59,293 nucleotides of DNA from a virus (taxonomy: Duplodnaviria; Caudoviricetes). Made by a program: the position numbers and the translations under genes. The stretch spans positions 1 through 59,293 of the IMG/VR virus record IMGVR_UViG_3300029286_000042; one strand, written 5' to 3'. The notes under the pieces were generated by a model. It saw only the letters and a list, made by a program, of their open reading frames with translations, did no database searches and had not been told where the DNA came from. Below are positions 9,511 to 19,663 of the stretch, one piece after another; positions within the stretch are counted from its first letter, which is position 1, and each line of letters begins with the position of its first letter.

Positions 9511-10912
9511 CCGCCACCCCTCCCACCTCTCTGTACGGTAGACGATACTTCAGCGCCCGACCCGCGAGCGTCGCGCCTTCGACCCCTTCCTCCGCCGACC
9601 CCATCGCCGCCTCGGCCGCTTCCGCCTCAGTAATCCCCGGCAGCCCCACCTCCTGGAGTACGCGGTTGACGAGGTTGAGGTTCGGGAACAGATCAGCGCC
9701 AGCCTTCGCCAGAGAGTCGATCGCCGTCATGATCTCTTCAACCGACGGCACCTTCGGCAGACTCACCTCGAGCCTTGGGTAGCGGGTCAAGCCAGGGAAC
9801 GCCTGCGAGTTGAAGTCGATCGACTTCGTGACGAGGTGGCGGCTCAAGACGCCGGCCATCCCCACGAGGTAGCCCATCGCCGCCGTGCGCGCCGTCTCCT
9901 GCTTCGACTCGATGAGCGCGTAGCTCCCTGCCTGCTCGTGACCGACCAACAGGAAGTCAGTGAGCAGCGCGATCATCATGTGCGCCGTGTGACGGTTCAC
10001 AATCTCCGTCGTATTGAACTGCCGGGTGCCGCCCGTCGACAACAGCTTCAGCTCGTACGCTTCGGGGTGGATCGGATCGCGCGGCATGAGGATGCCTTCC
10101 TGCTCGTCACGGCGCACGTTCCGCACGATCTTGTCGCAGGCGTCCTTGATCGACGAGAGCGCAGGGTTGGTCAGGACCTCGATCGGGACGTACATCACCG
10201 GCAACCCCGCAAGGTCGCGCTCGACACCGACGCCCTCGATCTGCTCGACATTCTTCTTGAAGAAGTACGGTCGGTAGGCATTCAAGAGGATGCTGCGACC
10301 CTCCGGGTTGCCCTTCGCCTCCCTCGTGCGGAAGAGGAGCAGCTTTTCAATCGGCACGAAGACCTGCTGGAAGCTCGCGCTGTTCTGCCACAGCCCACGA
10401 ATCCCGCCGCCCTCGTCGAACTCCCACTTCGCCAAGGACGTCTGGCCGCGGATCGCGAGCTTGCGCGGTGCGATGAGCCCATCATCGTACTGGGAAGGGA
10501 TCTCGCCCTTCGGCCCCTCCCTCTTCTTCCAGACGTGCTCGAAGGCACTCCACCCGAAGACGAAGAACGTGCAACACTCCGTGACGAACGACGACCACGA
10601 GTGCGACATATCGTCCATCCAGCTCTGGACGAACTCGACAGCCAGGTTGTCGCTGTCGGACTCTCCGTCCGTCTCCACGTTCCAGACAGCCGTGCGCATG
10701 ATGAGTTCGAGAACGAGCAGCGAGGCGCCGATGATCGGATCGGTCTCCGCCATCTCGCGGAAGATCTTGCGGCCCTTGTCGCCCTGAAGCTCCTTGACGA
10801 AGCCCTCCGTGACCTGCCCGCCCCACCGAGAGAGGCCCGTCGTCCCCAACTCGCCGAACGAGACCCGGATCTGCTCTTCCGTAGTCAGCGTGGTGCGTTT
10901 GTCGTCAGCCAT
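9488..10912 (-). CDS. Portal protein (DUF935/Mu gp29-like)
   Basis: GELGTTGL, FGWSAFE.VWK, GNPEGRSIL, GVERDLAGLPV; located after terminase. Confidence 0.88.
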   Translation of the reverse strand: MADDKRTTLTTEEQIRVSFGELGTTGLSRWGGQVTEGFVKELQGDKGRKIFREMAETDPIIGASLLVLELIMRTAVWNVETDGESDSDNLAVEFVQSWMDDMSHSWSSFVTECCTFFVFGWSAFEHVWKKREGPKGEIPSQYDDGLIAPRKLAIRGQTSLAKWEFDEGGGIRGLWQNSASFQQVFVPIEKLLLFRTREAKGNPEGRSILLNAYRPYFFKKNVEQIEGVGVERDLAGLPVMYVPIEVLTNPALSSIKDACDKIVRNVRRDEQEGILMPRDPIHPEAYELKLLSTGGTRQFNTTEIVNRHTAHMMIALLTDFLLVGHEQAGSYALIESKQETARTAAMGYLVGMAGVLSRHLVTKSIDFNSQAFPGLTRYPRLEVSLPKVPSVEEIMTAIDSLAKAGADLFPNLNLVNRVLQEVGLPGITEAEAAEAAMGSAEEGVEGATLAGRALKYRLPYREVGGVADGGRVEI

Positions 10913-10933
10913 CGTCCTCCCAGTCCCCGCCCG

Positions 10934-12595
10934 CTACGACCCCAGCTTCCACCTGCTCTGCTTTGTCATGCTAGTGATACTGACTCCATCCGTCAACCGG
11001 CCGCTGACCCGCAGCAGTTTCTGGCCCTCCATCGCATAGCACCCCGCATCCGCCCAGTGGCAGACGCCCTTGTTGTACCCGCCACGGACTCCGGTCTGTG
11101 TGCGGACCTCCACCCGCTCCGGCGCCAGGAGATGACTGATGGCCTCCTCCGGGAGGTCGATAGGAAGCCGCACCGCCGAGAGCCCTGCGAAGAACTCATC
11201 GAACTGCCAGGTCATGTTGACGCGCAGAATCCGCTCGTCGTGCGACAGCTCCCAGCGGTCGGGCTTGCCACCGCCCTCCCTCTCACACACCCAAGCGTCG
11301 ATGCCCAACCCATCCCGGAAGTGGTCACGGATCTCGCGCGCCTTGTGAAACTCGGGGTCGGCATCGATCACCGCACACTTGACGTTGAACATCCGAGCGA
11401 AGTAGTCGAGTTCGCTCCAGCTCCCAACCATCCCCACCCGCACCACGAGATCGCCGCGCTGAATCCAGTAGTGGAGAGTGCCGCCAACGTCGATACCCAT
11501 TGTCGTCGGCCCCGGATCTTCATTCGCCATCGCCGGGTTGCCCTTCATCCGGGCCTCGATCTGCTCCTTCGACCGCTTCATGCCGCCGGCAGAGTACGGA
11601 AGGCCGAGCGCCGTGTTGTAGAACAACTGGAGGAGCAGCGGATTGCCCTGAGCGAGCACCCACTCCCTGGCGAACATCTCCAGGTGACCGACAGGCGAGA
11701 GCATCGCCGGGAACTGATAGCCGCGCACCGGGTTCCCAACGTCCGTGTCGCGGTACCTCCCACTGAGCAGCGCCTCCTTCGCCAACGCCCTCCCACACGC
11801 AGCGCAACGAAACGCGGTGAGGTCCTCTGAGACGTTGACCAGCACCCCGCGTTCATCCGCCCACACGAAAGGCTGCTCCTCATTGCAGTGAGGACAGGAG
11901 AAGACCCAGACGCCCATGGACGAGTTCTCGTATTCCTTCCAGATCCCCTTGCCACGGACCGTTGGATGGCTCATGTCGACCTGCCATGGATTGACCTGCC
12001 CCGTGAGCCTCTTCCTCGCAAGCTCCGCGTTGTCCTGGTTCTGGCGGTCCAACTCATCACGGATCAGGAGCCGAGCCGACAACTCTTCGAGCTGCGCCTC
12101 TGAGTTCGAGCCGCGGAGGTAGATGCCACCCGTCCGCGCCTTCTTCAGACCGACGTTCGAGATGTCAGTGAACAGCGCCGCCAGGTACGGCGAGTGCTGA
12201 ATGACCTCGTCGATGCGCATGTGCGCGAAGTCGCCGAGCTGGCTCTGGACCGGCAGCGTGTAGAGCGCGTTGCTCCTGAGCTTGTCGACGAAGAACAGCA
12301 AGAGGCTGATCGCGTACTCGGTGAGCCCGACCTGCGTAGGCTTCACCACCACCTGCCGTAATGCGCGGTGATAGACGAGCGCCTCCATCACGTCGTCGAA
12401 CAGCGGTTCGAGGAACGGGTAATGGCGTCCAGGCGCAAAGATCGTGTATGGAACCCACTCGCCCCTGTCGTTCTTGATGTACCGATACTCCATCGACCAC
12501 GCGAGTAGGTCGACGTCACCCACCGGCCACGACAGGGAGTGCGCTTGCGAGTCGTCTACGGTAGGCTGCGATGAAGGCGCGCCGCGTTTCAGCAT
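10934..12595 (-). CDS. terL: Terminase large subunit (lambda GpA-like)
   Basis: KPTQVGLTE Walker A variant, LIRDELD Walker B, SHPT coupling motif, CPHC..CAAC zinc ribbon, FYNTALGLPY, MGIDVG nuclease; exact start uncertain. Confidence 0.9.
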   Translation of the reverse strand: MLKRGAPSSQPTVDDSQAHSLSWPVGDVDLLAWSMEYRYIKNDRGEWVPYTIFAPGRHYPFLEPLFDDVMEALVYHRALRQVVVKPTQVGLTEYAISLLLFFVDKLRSNALYTLPVQSQLGDFAHMRIDEVIQHSPYLAALFTDISNVGLKKARTGGIYLRGSNSEAQLEELSARLLIRDELDRQNQDNAELARKRLTGQVNPWQVDMSHPTVRGKGIWKEYENSSMGVWVFSCPHCNEEQPFVWADERGVLVNVSEDLTAFRCAACGRALAKEALLSGRYRDTDVGNPVRGYQFPAMLSPVGHLEMFAREWVLAQGNPLLLQLFYNTALGLPYSAGGMKRSKEQIEARMKGNPAMANEDPGPTTMGIDVGGTLHYWIQRGDLVVRVGMVGSWSELDYFARMFNVKCAVIDADPEFHKAREIRDHFRDGLGIDAWVCEREGGGKPDRWELSHDERILRVNMTWQFDEFFAGLSAVRLPIDLPEEAISHLLAPERVEVRTQTGVRGGYNKGVCHWADAGCYAMEGQKLLRVSGRLTDGVSITSMTKQSRWKLGS

Positions 12596-13178
12596 CCATC
12601 TCCTGAAGGACTTCTGCTACGTCCACGATTGCCTGCGTCTGATGAATCTCCGCACCAATGATCTGCGTCGGCTTCCCGAGTTCGAGCCGCTCCTCATCCC
12701 ACGTCCGGAAGATCAGCCCCATGACCTTGTCAACCTCTCCCAGGTTGATCGGCTCACCCTTCCCCGCAAGCTCCTTCTCCTGCCGCTCTTGGAGTTGCTT
12801 GAGACGTTCGATGCCGAGCCCTTCGAGCGCCCGGATCACCTTCAGCCGCTCGGCCCGCGATCTGACTAGGCTGCGAAGCTCCTCCACCTCCGAGACGACC
12901 TCGGCCTGGACCTCCGCCCCCGCCACCTCGACGACACCGCCCGGCCTCCTCACGGCATCGCCGACCGCCGCAGAATTGCCAGCGAGCTTCTGTTTCAGTG
13001 CTGCCCAGTTATGCCACCCGCAGTGGTACGGGCAGTCGTAGTCACCGCCCCAGATGGTGACAGTCTTGTGGCTCGGCATCCCTCTCTGCTTCCCCACCGC
13101 TCGGAATGATCCAAGCCTGAGCCAGAGATGGAAGGCGCGTTGATGATCCTTCGCCGTGAACGACTTCCCGGCTGCCAC
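12516..13178 (-). CDS. Putative terminase small subunit
   Basis: N-terminal HTH-like segment, helical core, directly upstream of and overlapping terL. Confidence 0.6.
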   Translation of the reverse strand: MAAGKSFTAKDHQRAFHLWLRLGSFRAVGKQRGMPSHKTVTIWGGDYDCPYHCGWHNWAALKQKLAGNSAAVGDAVRRPGGVVEVAGAEVQAEVVSEVEELRSLVRSRAERLKVIRALEGLGIERLKQLQERQEKELAGKGEPINLGEVDKVMGLIFRTWDEERLELGKPTQIIGAEIHQTQAIVDVAEVLQEMDAETRRAFIAAYRRRLASALPVVAGG

Positions 13179-13412
13179 CTATCCGCCCCCCGCGCCACTC
13201 CCTGGTGTCACCACTGCCACCACCTCTGCCCGCGACCAGCGATCCGGTCGGCAGTCTACACGAAACCGGGGTGTTACGTCACCCCCATCCTCAACTCGCC
13301 GGAGCCGGTGGTAGGCGGTGGTGCCGCGGTGTAGCACACCACAGCCATCAGAAGCCCCGCCAAGCCCCTCTGTCGCGCCGGCCCCTCAACCCAACCACCC
13401 ACCGAACAAAGA

Positions 13413-13643
13413 TCAGAGGAGAGAACCAGGCAATGCGCCGCCGTCAGGGGTGAATGCTGGAGTCTTCCCACGACACGAGACGTGACGCTTCTCGATCTCC
13501 TTGGACCAGGTGACGAAGACGGGGATCGGCATGCCGGTTGGCGGGATGGCGACGACCTCATCCTTCCCGCACACCACACAGAAGAAGCGGTAGCCGCCAG
13601 CCACGTTCGAGACATAGATCGTCTCATCACCCTTCCGTGGCAC
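13413..13643 (-). CDS. Small zinc-ribbon-like hypothetical protein
   Basis: CVVC..HVSC; coupled ORF. Confidence 0.5.
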   Translation of the reverse strand: MPRKGDETIYVSNVAGGYRFFCVVCGKDEVVAIPPTGMPIPVFVTWSKEIEKRHVSCRGKTPAFTPDGGALPGSLL

Positions 13644-14058
13644 TTCGCACCTCGTCCTTCGGTAGAAGCGACTCGACCTGCAAGACCGCGGTGATTACGA
13701 AGTTCCCCGACGCCGCACCCGCCACCGCCTCCCGCGCGACGATGCACAGATTCTCGGCCCTCACATGAAGCAACGAGAGGGCCTCTCTGAGCCGCGCGTT
13801 CTCCTCGCGGAGGGAGGCGCATTCCTTGTCCAGCCGATCCCGCTCGAAGCCAAGGCAACAGATGTGGTCAACGATGTGCGTTTCTCTCTTTCCGACCCAT
13901 CCCGCGACGGTGTCCATGCCCCGGTCGTGCCAGTCAGCTTTGGCGCGCATGGCGGCGAGTTCGGCGCGGGCTGGCCCGATGACTTCGTGTTGTAGCTGCG
14001 ATTCCTTGCCACGATCATGGTCAAGATGCTGAATGGCCTTCTCAATCGCTCCGCTCAT
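13627..14058 (-). CDS. Hypothetical protein (coiled-coil segment)
   Basis: Coupled ORF. Confidence 0.55.
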   Translation of the reverse strand: MSGAIEKAIQHLDHDRGKESQLQHEVIGPARAELAAMRAKADWHDRGMDTVAGWVGKRETHIVDHICCLGFERDRLDKECASLREENARLREALSLLHVRAENLCIVAREAVAGAASGNFVITAVLQVESLLPKDEVRSATEG

Positions 14059-14369
14059 TCGAGATCCCCTCCCTGGGCCGCAATCTCATCCTCAACCACT
14101 ACCCGAGCGCACGGAGGGCAGAGACTCCCAGCCGAAGCCCCCGGCACGAACACGTTTCGGCACCTCGCGCACTGGCGCACCTCAGCATTCGCCGCATCCT
14201 CCACGAGGCCAAGCACCCCACGCTGGCGCCGGATGATGTGGTCGTACTTCCCTTCCTTGATCCCCTTCGCCACACACTCCAGGCACAGACCACCCGCCGT
14301 CGTCGCCCCCGGCTTCTTGCACCTCGTACACTTCTTGTCTAGGTCGATGTTGATTGTGAACTCGGCCAC
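14055..14369 (-). CDS. Zinc-finger hypothetical protein
   Basis: Four CxxC pairs. Confidence 0.55.
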   Translation of the reverse strand: MAEFTINIDLDKKCTRCKKPGATTAGGLCLECVAKGIKEGKYDHIIRRQRGVLGLVEDAANAEVRQCARCRNVFVPGASAGSLCPPCARVVVEDEIAAQGGDLE

Positions 14370-14531
14370 GGCCACTCCCCCTCGCCGCCACTCGCAGCAC
14401 TCCCACAGTTGAACCCCATGATGAAGAGGCGCTCCGCCCACGTCATCCACGGCATCGGATACCGCCACCCCGGGGAAGCATCACCCCGCATCCCGGCTTC
14501 GTAGCCACGCTCCCATGGAGTCCGTCCATCT

Positions 14532-14927
14532 TCACTCAGCCGCAACGGCACCCGGCACCCCCTTCACCCCGACGTAGATCGAAGGCGGCTCGGGGATCGG
14601 CGGTGTCGGAGCGATCGCCCGCCAGAGGTGAAGACAGTGCGGGTGGTTGTTCACGTACTCCGATGCCCTAGGATGGAGCTGCATCACGACTTCCTCATCC
14701 TCCCAGAAGAGTGCTTTGACGAAGCACATCTCCTCCCACGTCGGAGTACGGAACGCAGAGACGCTGACATGCTCCCATCCACCCGACGCCCCCGAGCTGA
14801 GGATCGTGAGCGTGACACCCTTCACCCGGTAGCGGAACGCACCCCACAGCGCCCCAGCCGGCGAATTGCCAAAGAACGGAAGCGCCACGCGCGCCCGCTC
14901 AAGAACGCCGCCCGCCTCAAGCCTCAA
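14532..14927 (-). CDS. Conserved phage protein of unknown function
   Basis: GWEHVSVS..PTWEEMCFVK.LFW..E..QLHP..EYVNNHP.CLHLW, a pattern I recognise from widespread phage proteins. Confidence 0.75.
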   Translation of the reverse strand: MRLEAGGVLERARVALPFFGNSPAGALWGAFRYRVKGVTLTILSSGASGGWEHVSVSAFRTPTWEEMCFVKALFWEDEEVVMQLHPRASEYVNNHPHCLHLWRAIAPTPPIPEPPSIYVGVKGVPGAVAAE

Positions 14928-15661
14928 CCCTTCCCCCTCTCATCGACTCCCGCCATCCACCCCTGCATGTAGTCGGCAACCGATCGCGCTTCACCCGTGT
15001 GATACTGGAAGAGATAGGGCGGCATGATGCCGCGCTTCGCATCATCCCGGCCCCTCTCCCACGCCGAACGCCTGGCGCTGGTCACCCTCTGGAGCAGTGC
15101 CTCATCAGCCAACACCTTACACGGAAGGCCCCCGGCAAAGATCGACGCGGTGCCCTCAATCGTCACCGTCCCCGGCAGGCGCCGGCAGTCGAATGGGATG
15201 CGAAACAGCGCCGCGACGAAGAACCGGAGGCGGTCCCATCTTCGCCACGCGATGTTGAGGAATGCGGACTGCCGCCATACCGCCGACCCCTGTTCGACGA
15301 CGACCCGCCGGCCCTCAACCTTTGACCGGAGGGAGCGTGCAAGGTGAATAACCGCCCGTGTCAGCACGTCGTCGCTAGGCTCGCCATTCGGCGAGAACTC
15401 CTCGTGGAACCCGACGCTGCGCAGCGTGATCTTGATCTCTCGCGAATCGAGCGAGCCGAGCACCTTCAGGCCAAGATCGCACGTCACCCAAGCCACGTCG
15501 TCCCGCTTCAAGATACTGACATGGCCCTTGACGTCGCGCGGTACGACGAAGACATCAGAGAAGCCGCACGAGAATAGATTCCAGACATCCGCAGGCCACC
15601 GCACCGTCAGCGAAGTCAACTCGACGCGCTGTGGCCGATCGAACCGGCGCCCCTCCTTCAT
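14924..15661 (-). CDS. Hypothetical protein
   Basis: 245-aa ORF coupled on both sides. Confidence 0.55.
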   Translation of the reverse strand: MKEGRRFDRPQRVELTSLTVRWPADVWNLFSCGFSDVFVVPRDVKGHVSILKRDDVAWVTCDLGLKVLGSLDSREIKITLRSVGFHEEFSPNGEPSDDVLTRAVIHLARSLRSKVEGRRVVVEQGSAVWRQSAFLNIAWRRWDRLRFFVAALFRIPFDCRRLPGTVTIEGTASIFAGGLPCKVLADEALLQRVTSARRSAWERGRDDAKRGIMPPYLFQYHTGEARSVADYMQGWMAGVDERGKG

Positions 15662-15990
15662 CTCACACAGCCTCCGCTCTCCTCCTCGTCAGGAACCCGG
15701 CGATGAGGGCGCCTTGCGAGTGCGAGCGCGGCGTCGACCTCCCGTTCGAGCATCCCGCCGAACCGCCCAATCGCGCAGGCCAACGCCACCCCAACGACTA
15801 CAGAGACTGCCAACGGCAACAGGACGAACGCCGCGACGTGGTAGAGCATTCGCCCGCCATCCGACTCCGGCTCGCCAAGCACCCCAAGCTGCACCTCGAT
15901 CCGTGTGATGATCGTGACGAGCATCCAGGTCCCGAACCACACCGCCGAGAACGCCAACCACTGCCCCGCACTGACTCCGCTCAGCTCCAT
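15658..15990 (-). CDS. Membrane protein (2 TM)
   Basis: Two hydrophobic helices, RBS. Confidence 0.6.
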   Translation of the reverse strand: MELSGVSAGQWLAFSAVWFGTWMLVTIITRIEVQLGVLGEPESDGGRMLYHVAAFVLLPLAVSVVVGVALACAIGRFGGMLEREVDAALALARRPHRRVPDEEESGGCVR

Positions 15991-16005
15991 GCTCCCCCCC
16001 TCTTC

Positions 16006-16293
16006 TCAGACGAGCGTCGGCTCCTCAGCCGTTGCCCGCCCCACGATCCGCGTCTCTCCGCAGTTCACCGCCTGCGCACCTCTCTCCGTCAGCACATAAG
16101 CATAGGCAACATCCGACTGCTCGATGTACCCGAGGCGGATCAGCGCGTTGAGCGTCCTTCTTCGCTGCGAATCCTTCATCGCCTGGTCGAGCGATTCCAC
16201 GGTCACCCCCGCGCCAGGAATCCCCCGCCGATCCTTGTACAGCGGACTGCGGAACCACTCCAACAGCTCACGCTGCTGCCGGGACAGTGCCAT
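16006..16293 (-). CDS. Putative winged-helix DNA-binding protein
   Basis: LSRQQRELL..TLNALIRLGYI..YVLTERG pattern. Confidence 0.55.
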   Translation of the reverse strand: MALSRQQRELLEWFRSPLYKDRRGIPGAGVTVESLDQAMKDSQRRRTLNALIRLGYIEQSDVAYAYVLTERGAQAVNCGETRIVGRATAEEPTLV

Positions 16294-16732
16294 CGCCCTC
16301 CCCCTTCTCAGCCAGAATGCAGCGGCACATCGGATGCAAAGGAAGCGCCATCTCGTAGTACGGAGGGCGCCCGCTCCCCGGACAAGGATCTGCCTTCGGC
16401 TCCTTCCTGAAGCCGTGGCGGAACATCACGCCGCCCCTGGTCACTGGCCCCGTATGGCTGCACTCCGAACACATGACGTGCCGCTTCTCAGCAGACACCT
16501 TGCAGCCTCCGCGCGCTCCGTTCTCTTTTCAGAAGCGCTTCGGCATCAGGATCGGCCCAGATCATCACTCCACCATAGACCGGGCACTTGAGATCCTTCG
16601 GGAAACATCTTGGCGACCGCCCGGAGACTCGTAGCGCATCGCACGCCTTGCAACGGTAGCTGCGCTCCATCACCTTCGCCCGCGCCCTCTTCGCTCGCCG
16701 CTCCTTGACTCCCATTATCCCTCGCTTCTCTG

Positions 16733-17614
16733 TTAGGATCTTCCGAGAGATTCTACGCCTTCCCCGCCACGACTACAAGCGCCCTGCGCGCTGGCCCGCT
16801 CTGTTTTCTGCTGCTGCTCGGCGTATGCCTTGAACGTATCGGTGAGCCCCGCGACCGCATCCGTCACCCGGTCGACCACCCACTGTGCCCTGGTACCGAA
16901 CGCCAGCCGCTCTCTGATCTCGCGCACAGCGTCCTCGGTCGCCGTCTCCCCAGGAACGAGCCCCCACTCTCTGAGCGTTGTGAGAAGCGATTCCAGGCGC
17001 TCTGTGTCACGCTTGAGTTGTTCCGAGCGCCAGTGCAGCGAGCCTTCACGGTTGAGGAACGCCTCCCCCATCTTCCGGCTGACTTCCCTGCCAAGCGCCC
17101 GCTCCTCCTCCTTCGTCCGCAGCCACGCCCTCCAGTACTCGGCGTCACCCTTCTCCGGCTCGAACTCGCCGAAGATCTTGGCCCGGCTCATGAGGACGTA
17201 GATCATGGCCGCGATCGGGTCGACCCCCTCTTCCCGGTGTGGCGCCTTTCGCCTGGTAAAGAGGCGGGTCCCAGTCGACGCCACCTCCAGTAAGCCGACC
17301 GGCTCGCCCGCCAACTCATCCAGCGAGATGACACCCTTCGGCGCCACGAAGTAGAACTCGTGACAGTGTGCAAGGTACGCCCGCCACTTATTGTCGCGAA
17401 GGAAGTCTGGGCGGCTCACCTTGACCTCGTACCCGATCGTCGTCCAGTGAGCCCAACTCTTCGCCATCACCCACGCATCGAGTCGCCCCGAAGGCTCACT
17501 CGTCATCTGCGTTGGGCCGAACTTGCACTCAGGGACGAAGACATCAGCCTTGTGCTTCTCTCGGAGCAGCCCGATCACATCACGCGCCGCAACCATCGCC
17601 CGCACCTCGCTCAA
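16733..17614 (-). CDS. MmcB-like PD-(D/E)XK nuclease domain protein
   Basis: RLDAW..GYEVKVSRPDFLRD.KW..YL.HC.EFYFVAP. Confidence 0.75.
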   Translation of the reverse strand: MSEVRAMVAARDVIGLLREKHKADVFVPECKFGPTQMTSEPSGRLDAWVMAKSWAHWTTIGYEVKVSRPDFLRDNKWRAYLAHCHEFYFVAPKGVISLDELAGEPVGLLEVASTGTRLFTRRKAPHREEGVDPIAAMIYVLMSRAKIFGEFEPEKGDAEYWRAWLRTKEEERALGREVSRKMGEAFLNREGSLHWRSEQLKRDTERLESLLTTLREWGLVPGETATEDAVREIRERLAFGTRAQWVVDRVTDAVAGLTDTFKAYAEQQQKTERASAQGACSRGGEGVESLGRS

Positions 17615-17656
17615 CAGAAGAGGACCACCCCGCCGTCGTACTCGACGAGGTGGCCC
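17613..17656 (-). terminator. Putative intrinsic terminator
   Basis: Minus strand GGGCCACCTCGTCG-AGTA-CGACGGCGGGGTGGTCC hairpin followed by TCTTCTGTT. Confidence 0.55.
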
Positions 17657-17677
17657 AAGTCACAAGCCTGCCCGCAA

Positions 17678-18457
17678 CTACTTCGCCGGAGCGGGGTTGC
17701 ACGTCTTCGGCAGCATCGCGATCGACTGCCTCCAGTGCGACACGATGTCGTGGTTCGCCTGCGACCGGAATCGGAAGTCGAAGTCGAGCCACTCACACCC
17801 CTCTGGCACCTCCGCCTGCGACGCAAGCAAGACATGGCAATCGCCAGTGCCGCACGCCGCCTTCTCCTTAGCCGCAGCCGGAGCCCCGACAGCCCCCGGA
17901 GGCGGAGTATTGATCGGCGCGGACGGCGGCAGCGGATCGAGTTGCAGATCGAGAACCGCCTGCGCCTCACGCTGAGCGGCCCATGCCGCATCGTAGAGCG
18001 CCTGGATCTGCGGATTGCAGCTCGTCGGCTTGCCTTGGCCTGGGCGCTCCGTCATCGGGTAGATCGCGAACAGATTTTCGTCAGTCCACCGATCGTCGCT
18101 TCGGAGGCCCGTACCGTCGAGGTAGATAGCGCTTCTCTTCCCCGTCTTCCGGTGCGTCACCGTGATGTTGACCTCGTACGGCTCGGTGCCATTCGGCTCG
18201 ATGCCCGTGTACGTGATGTGAGGCCAGCACCCCAACTCTCGAAGGTGCGTACCGAAGCGATGGAGCCCACCCTCACCCATGTACGGAACGCCGAAGTACG
18301 CCCCCCAGAACCTGCCTGGAGTTCGCGTCTCGACCTCTCCCTCACCCTCCGCCGGCGGCTTCGGCGGAACAACTACCGCCGGGCGCCGTTTTCGCGTGAG
18401 GAGGTAGAAGGCGCCGACGACTACGACGATGACCAGAAGCCATCCGAGTCCGCTCAC
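17678..18457 (-). CDS. Membrane-anchored hypothetical protein
   Basis: N-terminal TM helix, Pro-rich linkers. Confidence 0.6.
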   Translation of the reverse strand: MSGLGWLLVIVVVVGAFYLLTRKRRPAVVVPPKPPAEGEGEVETRTPGRFWGAYFGVPYMGEGGLHRFGTHLRELGCWPHITYTGIEPNGTEPYEVNITVTHRKTGKRSAIYLDGTGLRSDDRWTDENLFAIYPMTERPGQGKPTSCNPQIQALYDAAWAAQREAQAVLDLQLDPLPPSAPINTPPPGAVGAPAAAKEKAACGTGDCHVLLASQAEVPEGCEWLDFDFRFRSQANHDIVSHWRQSIAMLPKTCNPAPAK

Positions 18458-18936
18458 TTCTGACCACCCGCCTCAGCCGCAGCCAACTTCGCCGCCGCCT
18501 CCTTCGCCGCCTTGACCGCCGTCGAGTTGAGGCCGAACTTCGCGCTGATCGTCGCGTAGGCCAGCGTCATGAAGCCGCCAGCCTGCAAGAGGCCCTTGAT
18601 CGCGGCCACCCAATTCGCAAAGAGCAGCGAGTACCCTCCCGTCACCAGGAACGCGAGCACCGCCGAGACGAACGACGCGAGGTACGCGATCCACGTCATC
18701 GTGCGCGTGGTCACCCACTTCGTCGGCAGCTTCTCCTTGATGAACTGGGCAATCGTCATGCCGAGCGTACCGGCGAGGACCGTCGTCGCGAGCTGCTCCC
18801 AGTCGCCGAGTCCAGCGCCGACCTCTGGATCACTCGCCGTCTGCGCGGCTACCGCCAGCGACACAGTCGCCGCGAGCAACACGCCCAGAAGTACGAGCAT
18901 TGCCAAGAGCCCTTTCGAGCATCTCCCTCTGCGCAT
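18454..18936 (-). CDS. Multi-pass membrane protein (holin-like)
   Basis: Signal-like N-terminus plus about 3 TM segments; holin role not established. Confidence 0.5.
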   Translation of the reverse strand: MRRGRCSKGLLAMLVLLGVLLAATVSLAVAAQTASDPEVGAGLGDWEQLATTVLAGTLGMTIAQFIKEKLPTKWVTTRTMTWIAYLASFVSAVLAFLVTGGYSLLFANWVAAIKGLLQAGGFMTLAYATISAKFGLNSTAVKAAKEAAAKLAAAEAGGQK

Positions 18937-19008
18937 AGCTTTCCTCCCTCTCCGCGCTTCGAATGGCGCGCCGTCTATCTTAGCACTTTGCGCCGCCACG
19001 CGGTAGCT

Positions 19009-19650
19009 TCACCCGGCAGGCCCATCTTCCGACAGCGACTCACGCCGCACGATCTCCCTCGTGAGAGCCGCCCTGAGCAGCCTGTAGACAGCGGCAGGGT
19101 GCGCGTCCATCGGCACGGTGAGCGATCCCTCATCCAACGGGTCGCGCGGGTCGCGCCACGCCTGTCCCTCCACCTCCGCCGCGATCCGTCGATCCATGAT
19201 CGCAAGCGCATTTCGCAGGTGCTCGTCGTGCATCTCCGCGATGAGAAGCGTCCGCCCGTCCCGCGTCTCCCACACCTCTGGCAGTCTCTCCAGCAGGATC
19301 GCTTCCCCAGCGTCACGCGGGCTGCCCTCCATCGAATCGCGGAGCGCGACGACTCGCCGCGACCACTTCCGCAAAGAAGAGATGACATCATCCATCTCCT
19401 CGCGCTCATCCTCCACCTTCGTATGGTGGTAGCGAAGCGACGACACCAAGCTGTCGGTGCGCGCAAGCACCTCCCCAAGCTCTGTGAGTCCCTGCACGCC
19501 GAGGTGCGCCAACTGAAGCTGTCGCTCGCCAAGCTCCCTTGAGAACGCTTCGAGCTTCTTGCGCAAGCCAGCAAGTTCTGCGTCCATTATCTCCGTCGCC
19601 GACAGCGGCCCACCAACACCCGTCGGCATCCCTTGCCCGTCGACCCGCAT
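19009..19650 (-). CDS. Hypothetical protein
   Basis: Coiled-coil N-half; C-terminal W.TRDGR...I.EM.D.HL.N motif seen in phage proteins. Confidence 0.6.
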   Translation of the reverse strand: MRVDGQGMPTGVGGPLSATEIMDAELAGLRKKLEAFSRELGERQLQLAHLGVQGLTELGEVLARTDSLVSSLRYHHTKVEDEREEMDDVISSLRKWSRRVVALRDSMEGSPRDAGEAILLERLPEVWETRDGRTLLIAEMHDEHLRNALAIMDRRIAAEVEGQAWRDPRDPLDEGSLTVPMDAHPAAVYRLLRAALTREIVRRESLSEDGPAG

Positions 19651-19663
19651 CAGCTCCCCCTTC

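Noticed and set aside
9836-11830. Long plus-strand ORFs (e.g. 664 aa here, also 32810..34270, 40152..41492, 45600..46943)
   Set aside because: Antisense shadows of GC-biased minus-strand genes; Arg/Pro/Leu-rich with no recognisable motifs or RBS
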